Positions 19,159 to 28,556 of a stretch of 64,000 nucleotides of DNA are shown here, piece by piece. Location: positions 63,427 to 127,426 of IMG/VR virus record IMGVR_UViG_3300018022_000003; one strand, 5' to 3'. A program made the position numbers and the translations under genes. The stretch comes from a virus. The notes under the pieces are model-generated. The model saw only the letters and a program-made list of their open reading frames with translations, made no database searches and was not told the origin of the DNA. Positions within the stretch are counted from its first letter, which is position 1. Each line of letters opens with the position of its first letter.

Positions 19159-22140
19159 ATGCCACACTCGCCCCTGCTAGACAAGAAAGGCACCATGCTC
19201 CCGACCCCAGGAGGCGGGGTAGGAGGGTTCGACAAGGCCGAGCTTTACGACGACCCCGGCTTCGCCACGGAGCAGCACCATGCCAGGCCGGGGGAGGACG
19301 ACGACTACAACATGCCGTTCGGGGAGAAGGGGACGGAGCCGGAACGTACCAAGCATGGTGCAGCCGAGGGATGGCTTAAGGGCAAGGAGAAGTTCAGAAA
19401 GCATCTTGACGAGTGGGGATGCCATTTCCTAGTCGCCCCGAACGGGGATGTGCAGTCCTCTAAGGAGACGGGGGCCACCGAGCATCGGGAGATGCTTACC
19501 CCCGTCAACTGGAACAAGGAAAAAGACGGGGAGTATGACTGGGAGTCCGCAGAGAGGGACTTCTTTAGCCAGGGCGGGATAGAAGTTCATATCGGACGCA
19601 TCCTTGGCAAGGGGTATGTCGAAGGTGTCATACGGCTTGGGAAGTTTAGCCCAGAGTCGGTTCAAAGGGTAAATGCTATCATAGATGAGCTTCCTGTCAA
19701 GGAAGTGCAGGTTGCAGACCTGACCAGTGCCCTAATTTCAGGAGAGCCAAGGGCCGTGAAGGGTAAGTTAATGCGCTATGTCAACAGCCCTGCCCACCTT
19801 GCATCCCGTAAGTGCGAGTGCCACGGCTTCACGGAGAGCGGGGAGGACAAGTCCGTATGCACGTGCGGCCACCAGTGGCACGAGCACTGGCACGGGGGGA
19901 GCCTTGGGTGCAGGTTCGGGAAGACGGCCGTAGGGGCGTCCGGCCCCTCCGAGCCCGCCTTCCGGGCGGCCCAGGTGCTCGCCCAGTTTGGGAAGATAGG
20001 GGAGACCGATGTCAGGAGGGTGGCCAAGGGGATAGACGACCTGGTCTCCCATATGCCGGTCTTCTCCCTGTCCAGGGGAAGGCCAGGGGCAGAGGCGCAG
20101 CCCTGGGCAGGCAAGCAGGCGGTGTCCGAGACCCCCATCAAGGTGGTGGAGGACCTGGAGGACGCTCCCCCCCTGCTCAAGTCTGCCCATACGGACGCCG
20201 AGAGATTCCGGGAAGACCTCAAGGAGGAGGCACCGGGCCTCGACGCCTACCTCTACCGGTCCGAGGTCTACTGCCCCACCTGCGGGCAGGACATCATCGA
20301 CGAGCTGGTGGACAAGCACCTTGTCCTCCCGCCCGCCCCCGGCACGGACGCCCCCTGGGCCACGGACTCCGAGCATGTCCCGCAGCCCCTCTTCTTCATG
20401 GAGCAGGACGAGTCCTGCACGAGGTGCGGGGACGACATCGGCAGGGGCAGGAGGGAGCCTGCGGAGCTGGAGGAGGACAGGGGATTCCTGGGGGGCATGG
20501 GCATATCCGCCTCCCTGAAGGGGCTTACCCAGCAGGTGCTTCCCTCCAACCCCCTCCTCGTCCCCAAGGAGCCTGACCCGGAGACGGCCACGTTCTTCAA
20601 GGAGAGCGAGGGGGACAAGCCCTGCTGCCCGTACTGCGGCTCCGACGACTATGGCCTGATGCCGGCCGACTTTGAGACCGCCAAGTGCAACAAGTGCGGA
20701 AGGAACTGGCACCACGGGATTGTCAAGGGGATAAACGACCCAAAGACTGCCACCGAGAAGTCATACGGCACAGGCACCCCGATAGGCGGCACTGACTCTG
20801 GCCTCCCTGCCTCCAAGGAGGACCCCTCCCATCCACGCTGGACCCCCCCTACCCCCCCTAGCCCCATGATGCCCCCGCAGCAGCCCCAGGCCGAGCCTGG
20901 CCAGGCTGCCCAGCCATCCCCTACCCCTCAGTCCCAGGCCAAGCAGGTGGTCAACGAGGTGGCCCAGGACAACCCCCAGGCGGACAGGAAGGCATTGGAG
21001 CAGGTGGTGGAGGGCCTCCAGGAGAAGACGGGTGCCGTGCCCGTCCCCGACATCGACCCGCACGAGGCCCCGGAGTTCCTCCCCCCCAAGCCCCGCAAGC
21101 ACCTCGACGACTCCCTTATCGACGAGACCGGCAACCCCCCTATCCCCCTGCACAAGGGGGCAGGCACGGCGGAGGACGAGCCTGAGGAGGAGGACGTGAC
21201 CGACCTCGGGACCGTGTACGGAAGGCCGCTGAGAAGGAGCGCTCCCCCTGACGACCCCCCTCCCCCCGCCATCGACCTCAGCCGCAGGCCCGTGCCGAAG
21301 TGGCTCCAGGAGAAGGGGGAGCCGCCCCTCGACCTCACCGAGGAGGACAGGCAGGAGCTTAGGGCCATGGGCATCCAGGCGAGGAGGAAGACAGCGGAGG
21401 ACGCCGCCTCCTGGTGGGGCAGCACCCCTGCCGACACCAGGCGCAGCATGGCGGACAGGCTGGGGATAGACAAGTACTGGACCCACTTCAGGTGGACCTC
21501 CCTGCCCCCCGGCGTGCAGGACACGGTGAGGATACGCATCCAAGAGCCCCCCCTGGAGCTTACGGAGGAGGACAGGAGGCACCTTAAGGAGATGGGGGTG
21601 CAGGCAGCCGGGGGCAAGGGAGACCCCCTATTGGCCAAGAAGCTCTACGAGGAGGGCAAGGAGGCCTTCGAGCACGGCAAGCCGGACGAGGCAGCGGACC
21701 TCCTGAAGAAGTCCCTGGACAGCAACCCCTACAACGGCCCGGCGCACTTCATGCTGGGCATCGCCCTGGCGCAGGAGGGGGAGGTGGGGGGGGCGATATA
21801 CGAGCTGGAGAGGGCGCTGAGGATAAGGCCCCAGGACAGCTACGCCTACCACTCCCTCATCAGGGACATGGAGAAGGGGGGGCTGCTGGACTCCCTCCCG
21901 AGGGAGGTCTCGGACCTCCTCCGTGACAAGATGGTGTCCAAGGAGGCGGCTTCCTCTCCGGGAAAGGCGGCCCCGGCCAGCACCTATGGGAAGGCCGGGC
22001 AGCCCCCCGAGGACCCATGCCCCCCCACCCCGGCATGCCCGAACTGCAAGGGCCAGGACACGCACCCTGTCCAGGACCCTGACTCAGATGGGGGAAGCCT
22101 AGTGGAATGCAGGGGATGCGGGGCATTCTTCGCCCGCTAG
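19159..22140 (+). CDS. large mosaic probable head protein with zinc ribbons and TPR repeats
   Basis: GAGGAG RBS; several CxxC pairs; TPR-like LYEEGKEAF..AHFMLGIAL..ALRIRP; directly upstream of protease. Confidence 0.75.
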   Translation: MPHSPLLDKKGTMLPTPGGGVGGFDKAELYDDPGFATEQHHARPGEDDDYNMPFGEKGTEPERTKHGAAEGWLKGKEKFRKHLDEWGCHFLVAPNGDVQSSKETGATEHREMLTPVNWNKEKDGEYDWESAERDFFSQGGIEVHIGRILGKGYVEGVIRLGKFSPESVQRVNAIIDELPVKEVQVADLTSALISGEPRAVKGKLMRYVNSPAHLASRKCECHGFTESGEDKSVCTCGHQWHEHWHGGSLGCRFGKTAVGASGPSEPAFRAAQVLAQFGKIGETDVRRVAKGIDDLVSHMPVFSLSRGRPGAEAQPWAGKQAVSETPIKVVEDLEDAPPLLKSAHTDAERFREDLKEEAPGLDAYLYRSEVYCPTCGQDIIDELVDKHLVLPPAPGTDAPWATDSEHVPQPLFFMEQDESCTRCGDDIGRGRREPAELEEDRGFLGGMGISASLKGLTQQVLPSNPLLVPKEPDPETATFFKESEGDKPCCPYCGSDDYGLMPADFETAKCNKCGRNWHHGIVKGINDPKTATEKSYGTGTPIGGTDSGLPASKEDPSHPRWTPPTPPSPMMPPQQPQAEPGQAAQPSPTPQSQAKQVVNEVAQDNPQADRKALEQVVEGLQEKTGAVPVPDIDPHEAPEFLPPKPRKHLDDSLIDETGNPPIPLHKGAGTAEDEPEEEDVTDLGTVYGRPLRRSAPPDDPPPPAIDLSRRPVPKWLQEKGEPPLDLTEEDRQELRAMGIQARRKTAEDAASWWGSTPADTRRSMADRLGIDKYWTHFRWTSLPPGVQDTVRIRIQEPPLELTEEDRRHLKEMGVQAAGGKGDPLLAKKLYEEGKEAFEHGKPDEAADLLKKSLDSNPYNGPAHFMLGIALAQEGEVGGAIYELERALRIRPQDSYAYHSLIRDMEKGGLLDSLPREVSDLLRDKMVSKEAASSPGKAAPASTYGKAGQPPEDPCPPTPACPNCKGQDTHPVQDPDSDGGSLVECRGCGAFFAR

Positions 22141-22184
22141 AGGCACAAATACATACTAGGGGACACCTTTAGTAGGCAGGACAA

Positions 22185-23084
22185 ATGGCCTTTCCCAAGA
22201 CGGCGAATGCGGTGGTCAGAGAGCCGGTGCTCTCCTCCCATGACTGGGAGAGGGCGTGGGGGAGCCTCGCCTTCCATATCCCCCTGTCCCCGGAGGCCAG
22301 GGGTTTCTGGAAGACCGCCTCGTCCGCCCAGAGCAAGTACCTGCTGAGCCACTGCACCATCATGTCCTCCGTGGCCACGGAGGAGGAGCCCTACGACTAC
22401 CTCATCCGCCCTGCCAGCGCCCACCTGGTGAACAACAACGACGACGCCTGGTCCAACGAGGTCATGAGGATGTCCCACCGTACCTTCGTGGGGGCGTTCA
22501 ACTTCGTGGAGCACTTCCAGAACTCGAAGTACGCCAAGGGGCATATTATCGACAGCATCCTGCGGAGGATACACCTTACCCAGGACCCCAGGGACAGCGT
22601 CTACTTCGTGGACATCCTGGTCGCCACGGACCTCTCCCACAGGAAGCTGGCGAACGACATACGGACCGGCAGGGTCAAGTACCTCAGCATGGGGTGCGTG
22701 ACGGACCTCGTCATCTGCTCCTTCTGCGGCCAGAGGGTGGCCGACGCAGGCTCCTACTGCCACCACCTCCAGTTCAACAAGGGGGCCTTCCTGCCCGACG
22801 ACGACGGCGTGCCGAGGCGGATAGCCGAGCTTTGCGGCCACAAGTCCCTGCCAGGAGGCGGGGTACGGTTCGTGGAGGCGTCCTGGGTACAGACCCCGGC
22901 GTTCCCAGGGGCGGTCAAAAGGTCCATAGTGGCGGAGGAGTGGCTCGGCCCTGCCACCCAGTACACCCGGCAGGTGGCCTCGGACGAGGAGTTCGCCAAG
23001 GCAGCCTCGGAGAACGACAACTACCAGGGCCTTAATGTGGGAGAGTACCTCCTCTCCATGGACGACGGGAGGAACCTAAGATAA
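22185..23084 (+). CDS. prohead (capsid maturation) protease
   Basis: NNNDDAW..FVEH..G.IID..LSMGC..CSFCG..CHH..FVEASWV..PAF; His/Ser assemblin-type pattern; upstream of scaffold and capsid. Confidence 0.8.
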   Translation: MAFPKTANAVVREPVLSSHDWERAWGSLAFHIPLSPEARGFWKTASSAQSKYLLSHCTIMSSVATEEEPYDYLIRPASAHLVNNNDDAWSNEVMRMSHRTFVGAFNFVEHFQNSKYAKGHIIDSILRRIHLTQDPRDSVYFVDILVATDLSHRKLANDIRTGRVKYLSMGCVTDLVICSFCGQRVADAGSYCHHLQFNKGAFLPDDDGVPRRIAELCGHKSLPGGGVRFVEASWVQTPAFPGAVKRSIVAEEWLGPATQYTRQVASDEEFAKAASENDNYQGLNVGEYLLSMDDGRNLR

Positions 23085-25276
23085 TGGCAGGACCCAACCC
23101 CCTAATCGCCGCCTACCAGCGCAAGCTGGCCGAGCTGGGCGAGCTTGACAGCGAGATAAACAGGCTGGACATGACCCTCCCCGAGGGCGAGGGGGGGAAG
23201 ACCTTCGACTACCTTGCCCAGAAGCGCCAGGAGATAGAGCGTGAGATACGGGGCATGAAGGAGAAGATTGACCTCCTGTCCGCCTGGCAGAGGCTCAAGG
23301 AGGGCATGCACTGGTCCGAGGGCCTCCGCTCCCAGCTAGACGGCCTGGACGAGAGCATAGGGGAGATAGCCACCAGCAGGTCCGCCGAGGGCGGGGCCGG
23401 GGAGGCCGGGGCACTACCCCCGGAGCAGCCCCCTGCCGAGGCCCCGGAGCAGCCTGCGCCTGCGCCAGAGGCACCCCCCGAGCCTTCCCCCACCGAGGAA
23501 ACACCGCCTCCGCCACCCCCAGCGCCCGTCCAGGCGGCCAAGAAAGACAACTATCCGATTCCTGATAAGAAGGGCAGTAGTGGCCCTAACCCTGAGAGAG
23601 GAAAGACTATGGCAAACGATTCCAAGACCTCGCTGAAGACAGCGCTAGCCGACATGAAGGCCAGCAGGGAGGCGGTAACCAGGGAGGCCAAGACCCGTGT
23701 CGCAGCCGCCTGGACCATCGCCAAGACCATGCTGCCCACAGCGCCCCCGGAGGCGCAGAAGGCCTTTGCGCAAACGCTGCTGGCGAACGGCACCAAGGCG
23801 CTGATTGCGGCCCTGAAGCAGACCGCCGTCAATGCCCACTATACCAAGGTGGCCGAAGAGTTCAAGAAGGTCCACAAGGTCGAGCTGAACGACCTGCTTG
23901 AGGACCCCTCCGTCCTGACCAAGGAGAAGGGAGCTGTCAAGTCCGAGGTCAAGGGCGACCCGAAGAGCGCCACCGGGAAGCAGGCAGACGACCGTAAGGA
24001 CTCCGGCCCCCAGCCCTCGACCTACAACGACGGCCGTGGCTGCGGCGGCGGCACCCACTCCGAGCCGAAGGAAGTCGATGCAGGCAAGGCTGCGGAGCGC
24101 CCAGGGGCAGGAGAGCGCCCCGGCGACACCGTGAACCTGTCCGAGGGCAAGTCCGCTGGCAAGGAGAGCGACAAGGCGGACGAGAAGCTGGAGAAGGCCA
24201 AGGCGAAGCAGGAGGTCAAGGACGCCAAGAAGGACGCCTCTGCCAAGACGGCCCAGCCCGTTCCTCCCCCGGCACCGCCCGCAGCACCGCTCGCACCGCC
24301 CGCCGAGGGCGGGGCAGCACCGCCAGCGGAGCCTCCTGTCGAGGAGACGCCCGCTGAGGAGCCTCCCGCCGACATCCCGCCCGTCGAGGGCGAGGGCGCA
24401 CTCCCGCCCGCACCCCCTGCCGAGGGGGGGGCGGCCGAGATGGTGACCGAGGAGAAGATTAAGGACATCGTCGAGAAGGTCGAGGAGGTCGCCGAGGAGA
24501 TTAAGGAGCTTGAGAAGGACATCTCTACGGAGACCAGGGAGGGCGAGGAGGTCCCTGAGGGCGTCCTTGAGACCGAGGGCAAGGAGCTGGAGGAGACCGG
24601 AGAGCAGCTTGAGGGGGAGGGCGAGTCCCTGGAAGGAGAGGGGGAGGCGCTCAACCTCGACAGCATCTTCAACGAGGAGGCCATCGACGACAAGACCTCC
24701 GCACTCGCCAACGAGGGGGACAACTCCGGGGCAGAGTTCTTTGCACCCTCTGCCGCCGTGGAGCTGGAGGCCGCCATCGACGACAGCGGCATGGGCAGCA
24801 TCCAGGACATGTTCTCCGTCGTAGGCTCCGACGCCGACCCGCTGGCAGCCCTGCTCGACGTCAAGACGGCTGCCCAGGTGGCAGGCATAGACGTGGTCCC
24901 CAGCTTCACCGGGGAGGCGGCCAAGAAGTTCCAGAGCGACACGGCCGGCAGCGACGGCAGGGACTTCGAGGACGACCACTCCGCCACCCTGTGGGCAGAG
25001 GTTATCAAGACCTCCGACCTGCCGGAGTTCAAGGACTCTGGCCCTGGCAAGGGCCCCGTCCGGGTCCCGCAGGACTCCCAGCCCAAGCTGGAGTCCCCCA
25101 AGGACGGCGAGGCACCCTCTTCCCAGGGCAAGGCGGCCGCCAAGCCCGCTGACAAGAAGGCCCCGGCTACCCTGAGGAAGATAAAGCCGGTTATCGCCTC
25201 CGACAAGGACGCCGTCCGCAGCATCGACCTCGCCGACGCCCTGTTCGGGGACGGCGGTGCCGGAGAGGGCCGGTAG
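23084..25276 (+). CDS. capsid scaffolding protein
   Basis: Acidic, Pro/Ala-rich, coiled-coil; between protease and capsid; TAATG coupling. Confidence 0.7.
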   Translation: MAGPNPLIAAYQRKLAELGELDSEINRLDMTLPEGEGGKTFDYLAQKRQEIEREIRGMKEKIDLLSAWQRLKEGMHWSEGLRSQLDGLDESIGEIATSRSAEGGAGEAGALPPEQPPAEAPEQPAPAPEAPPEPSPTEETPPPPPPAPVQAAKKDNYPIPDKKGSSGPNPERGKTMANDSKTSLKTALADMKASREAVTREAKTRVAAAWTIAKTMLPTAPPEAQKAFAQTLLANGTKALIAALKQTAVNAHYTKVAEEFKKVHKVELNDLLEDPSVLTKEKGAVKSEVKGDPKSATGKQADDRKDSGPQPSTYNDGRGCGGGTHSEPKEVDAGKAAERPGAGERPGDTVNLSEGKSAGKESDKADEKLEKAKAKQEVKDAKKDASAKTAQPVPPPAPPAAPLAPPAEGGAAPPAEPPVEETPAEEPPADIPPVEGEGALPPAPPAEGGAAEMVTEEKIKDIVEKVEEVAEEIKELEKDISTETREGEEVPEGVLETEGKELEETGEQLEGEGESLEGEGEALNLDSIFNEEAIDDKTSALANEGDNSGAEFFAPSAAVELEAAIDDSGMGSIQDMFSVVGSDADPLAALLDVKTAAQVAGIDVVPSFTGEAAKKFQSDTAGSDGRDFEDDHSATLWAEVIKTSDLPEFKDSGPGKGPVRVPQDSQPKLESPKDGEAPSSQGKAAAKPADKKAPATLRKIKPVIASDKDAVRSIDLADALFGDGGAGEGR

Positions 25277-25567
25277 CCAGGTAGGCATGCGCAGTCAACG
25301 CCCCCCGGGCCAGCCGGGGGGCTATCCCCTTGCCCCTATGCAACCCAACCCATCCTACGGCCCCATCATGGGGGACCTTATAACATATACGGGGGAAGGC
25401 CTTCCCTCCCTCGTCCCTGTCCCCTCCGTCCTCCTTCCCGTACCCAAGATGCCAGCGAGTCGGGCTTACACGGCTGGAACCCCGCCAAACAAGCGCCCGG
25501 AGCCGACTTCCGGGCGTCCCTTCTAGCCGGAATTTCCCAAGTTCCACAACTACGGACCCCCTTATAT

Positions 25568-25648
25568 GTAGGCGTGTGTGGCATGCTATAGCCCCGGATG
25601 TCCCTCCCTGGACGACGGGCTGGCTGGCCGCATAATCCAACCGCCTAC
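25568..25648 (+). ncRNA. candidate structured leader RNA upstream of capsid operon
   Basis: Nested pairings GTAGGCG/CGCCTAC, TGTGTGGC/GCCGCATA, AGCCC/GGGCT, GTCC/GGAC. Confidence 0.4.
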
Positions 25649-25662
25649 GATGGAGTAGTCAA

Positions 25663-26310
25663 ATGGGTCTAAAGCTCATCTACTACGGGCAGAACGACTC
25701 GGTGAACTGCACGCCCGACGTGCTCCTGACCGGCGACCCCGGCACCGACCAGCAAACGCTGATTAGCGCCGGATACCTGGGCGGGCGCATCATGGCGCTG
25801 GCAGGGGACCCCCAGAACGCAGTCGGGGTCAGCACTGTCATCGTGCCCTGCGACGTGGACTCTACCCCCGGTGTCTCGGGGATGGAGACCGCCAAGGCAG
25901 GCATCGTCGGCCCTGGCCCGTACAACCCGAACGACAATTACTACACCTCGACGGCGACCACCACCGTGGCGGCGGGCAACATCCCCTTCGGGACGCTGCT
26001 CAACGGCCCTGGCGAGTTCTCTGGCGCAGTCGGGCCTGCCGGTTCCAAGAAGGCCCCGATTGTCCGGGCGCTTTGGCAGGGGAACCTCAACCAGGAGTCG
26101 TACGACACGAACTCCTATGCCCTGGCGGCCTATGCAGTAGGACAGTACGTCTACGCCGGGGGCAGCAACAGCGCTCACGCCTCCAACGTGGGACTGTACA
26201 CCTCGTCTGGAAACTACTCCCAGACGGCGGGCAACCGCATCCCCGTGGGAATCTGCACTCACGTGCCGACCACCCAGGAGCCTTGGCTCGGCGTAGCCAG
26301 CCTGCTATAA
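25663..26310 (+). CDS. probable capsid decoration/cement protein
   Basis: Immediately upstream of the capsid gene; Gly-rich beta protein. Confidence 0.6.
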   Translation: MGLKLIYYGQNDSVNCTPDVLLTGDPGTDQQTLISAGYLGGRIMALAGDPQNAVGVSTVIVPCDVDSTPGVSGMETAKAGIVGPGPYNPNDNYYTSTATTTVAAGNIPFGTLLNGPGEFSGAVGPAGSKKAPIVRALWQGNLNQESYDTNSYALAAYAVGQYVYAGGSNSAHASNVGLYTSSGNYSQTAGNRIPVGICTHVPTTQEPWLGVASLL

Positions 26311-26332
26311 GGCAGCGAGAGGAGACAAACAG

Positions 26333-27334
26333 ATGGCAAACCTTTCCCGCACTCAACAGCAGACGGCAATGCTAGGCCAACTGCTGAAGACGGCCGGCGG
26401 CCGGCAGAAGCTAGCCGCTAGCCTCGGACCGTCCCTCCGCAGGCGTCGTGACTACATGAGCATCGCACGCAAGGCGCTCATGGTCGAGACCCTGCCGGAC
26501 GGCGCTCTGCCCATCTACGACAAGGAGTTCGACATTGCCGCCCAGACCGTTTCCGGTCCTGCGGGCGGGTCCTTTGTCGAGGCCTTCGTGGTGGGCGAGG
26601 AGGGCGGCGACATCGTTCGGGTCACCAAGCCGAAGCGTGTCACCGTTCCGACGTTTGAAATCGTGTCGAACCCGATGATTCCCATCACGCAGATTAAGGA
26701 GCGTCGGTTCGACCTGGTCGCCCGCTCCCTCAACCTGGCGAAGGCCGAGGTTGGGGCAGCCGAGGACGGGTACGTCTTCGGGCTGTTCGACGCCGTGGCA
26801 GCCGCAGCCAACGCCCAGGTGGTGCTGGACAACGCAGCCAGGGCCGGCAGCGGCCTGTTCGACCCCGTCTACAACGGGGACATAGCCATCAGCCCGCCCA
26901 TCGACCTCAACTCGATGGCTGACGGCTTCGGGCAGGTGCAGCGGCACGACCTGTCTGTGGCGTTCTGCTTCTTCAACCCGAGGGACTACACGGACCTCCT
27001 GAAGTGGACGCAGCAGAACATCGACCGTGAGACGCAGCGCAAGCTGCTCAAGACCGGCGTCATGGGATACCTGTGGGGAGCCACCCTCCTCCAGTCCCGT
27101 AAGGTCGGCTTCGGGTGCGTCTACATCCTGGCGGACGCCGAGTTCCTGGGCGTCATCCCGGAGCGTATCCCGCTCACCGTCATGTCCGCCGACAGGCCGG
27201 ACCTCAGGCAGATTGGGTTCAGCATCTTCGAGAGCCTGGGCTTCCTGGTGTTCAACCCCTCCGGCGTGCAGCGGCTCACCGTCACCGGGCGCTACAAGGC
27301 CTGGGACGGCTCGACCAACCAGGGCGAGAACTAA
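26333..27334 (+). CDS. major capsid protein (HK97 fold)
   Basis: GRQKLAASLGPSLRRRRDY..VETLPDGALPIYDKE..VPTFEI..IKERRFD; 333 aa; followed by a terminator. Confidence 0.85.
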   Translation: MANLSRTQQQTAMLGQLLKTAGGRQKLAASLGPSLRRRRDYMSIARKALMVETLPDGALPIYDKEFDIAAQTVSGPAGGSFVEAFVVGEEGGDIVRVTKPKRVTVPTFEIVSNPMIPITQIKERRFDLVARSLNLAKAEVGAAEDGYVFGLFDAVAAAANAQVVLDNAARAGSGLFDPVYNGDIAISPPIDLNSMADGFGQVQRHDLSVAFCFFNPRDYTDLLKWTQQNIDRETQRKLLKTGVMGYLWGATLLQSRKVGFGCVYILADAEFLGVIPERIPLTVMSADRPDLRQIGFSIFESLGFLVFNPSGVQRLTVTGRYKAWDGSTNQGEN

Positions 27335-27356
27335 AGCCCTTCATCGACAGTCCTCC

Positions 27357-27386
27357 AAGGCGGGGGCCCAACAGGGCCCTCGCCTT
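27357..27386 (+). terminator. GC-rich hairpin after the capsid gene
   Basis: AAGGCGGGGGCCC-AACA-GGGCCCTCGCCTT, 13-bp stem (one G-U), pyrimidine-rich tail. Confidence 0.65.
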
Positions 27387-27432
27387 CCTGTCTCTTCCCC
27401 CCGACACACCGAAAACCTCAGTATTATGGGGC

Positions 27433-27912
27433 ATGAGCCTGCCTATACGCTTCGAGAAGGTGGACTCCCGCTACTACCGCAGCGGACGCCCCGCCCTCAG
27501 GGACTACGAGGAGCTGGCCACCAAGGTCAGGTCCATCGTCAACCTGGAGGGGCACGGCCCTGCCTCCGCCGAGGTAGAGGCCTGCCTCCCCTACATCATC
27601 GAGCACCTCTGGTTCCCTATCAGCGTGGAGCAGATATACATGGAGGGGGTGCCGCAGCCGCTCCTGGACTGGGCGCTGAACTCCATGGATAGCCTCCCGG
27701 CCCCGGTGCTCATCCACTGCCAGCACGGGGAGGACCGTACCGGGATGGTGGTGGCCATAATACGCATCCGCTCGGGATGGAGCTACGGGGATGCTATTAA
27801 GGAGGCTGTCTCCCACGGCTACCGCCAGCTACTCAACCGGGGGCTGGACGAGGTCCTGGAGAGGTATGCCGCTTGCCTTGGGGACAAGGCCAAGGACGGG
27901 GAGCAGGGATGA
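27433..27912 (+). CDS. dual-specificity/tyrosine phosphatase family protein
   Basis: YRSGRP, IVNL, and P-loop IHCQHGEDRTG. Confidence 0.85.
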   Translation: MSLPIRFEKVDSRYYRSGRPALRDYEELATKVRSIVNLEGHGPASAEVEACLPYIIEHLWFPISVEQIYMEGVPQPLLDWALNSMDSLPAPVLIHCQHGEDRTGMVVAIIRIRSGWSYGDAIKEAVSHGYRQLLNRGLDEVLERYAACLGDKAKDGEQG

Positions 27913-28544
27913 CGAACTATGTGGCCAGCACGACCATAAACTTCGAGAAGTCAAGGTTCTACGTCCGCCCAGGGGACATGCTCTCCTACGACCCCCAGCA
28001 CAGCGGCGGGTCGCTTGCCATATACCGGAACGGACAGCTTGTCAAGGTCCTCAGGGTAGAGTCCCTGGCCATCGAGGCGTTCCTGAAGAGCAGGTTCATA
28101 TCCGAGGTCAGGGTACCTGCCAAGCCCGGCCCCCCGGCGACCAAGGAGGCTCCTCCCAGGGAGAATGCCGGGACAATCACCATAGATACCCTCGCCAGCG
28201 GGTATGCCAGCCCGCTCAAGGCGGCCGAGCCTGCCCCCGACCCGCACGGCCTGCTTACCCCGCCAAGCGACCCCCCTCTTACCAGCCCGCACCTTACCGG
28301 CTTCAAGCGCCTGCTCCCTGACTACAATGCATTCCCCTCCGACCTGGGCGTGGCGCTCGTGGACGGCCAGGCAAGAGTCGGGCCTCCAGGGGAGACCCCC
28401 AAGAGGGAGAGGAAGAGGAAGAAGCCTGCCCCCGCAGGCGAGATTGACTTCGCCGTGCATCCTCCCGACCCTCCCCCGTCCCAGGTACAAGGCCCTAGTG
28501 ACCCGCCAGAGCAACCCGAGCATAACCGAATAAGCGAACCATAG
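27909..28544 (+). CDS. hypothetical protein, Pro-rich C-terminus
   Basis: ATGA overlap with the phosphatase gene. Confidence 0.6.
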   Translation: MTNYVASTTINFEKSRFYVRPGDMLSYDPQHSGGSLAIYRNGQLVKVLRVESLAIEAFLKSRFISEVRVPAKPGPPATKEAPPRENAGTITIDTLASGYASPLKAAEPAPDPHGLLTPPSDPPLTSPHLTGFKRLLPDYNAFPSDLGVALVDGQARVGPPGETPKRERKRKKPAPAGEIDFAVHPPDPPPSQVQGPSDPPEQPEHNRISEP

Positions 28545-28556
28545 ATTGAGGGGTCT

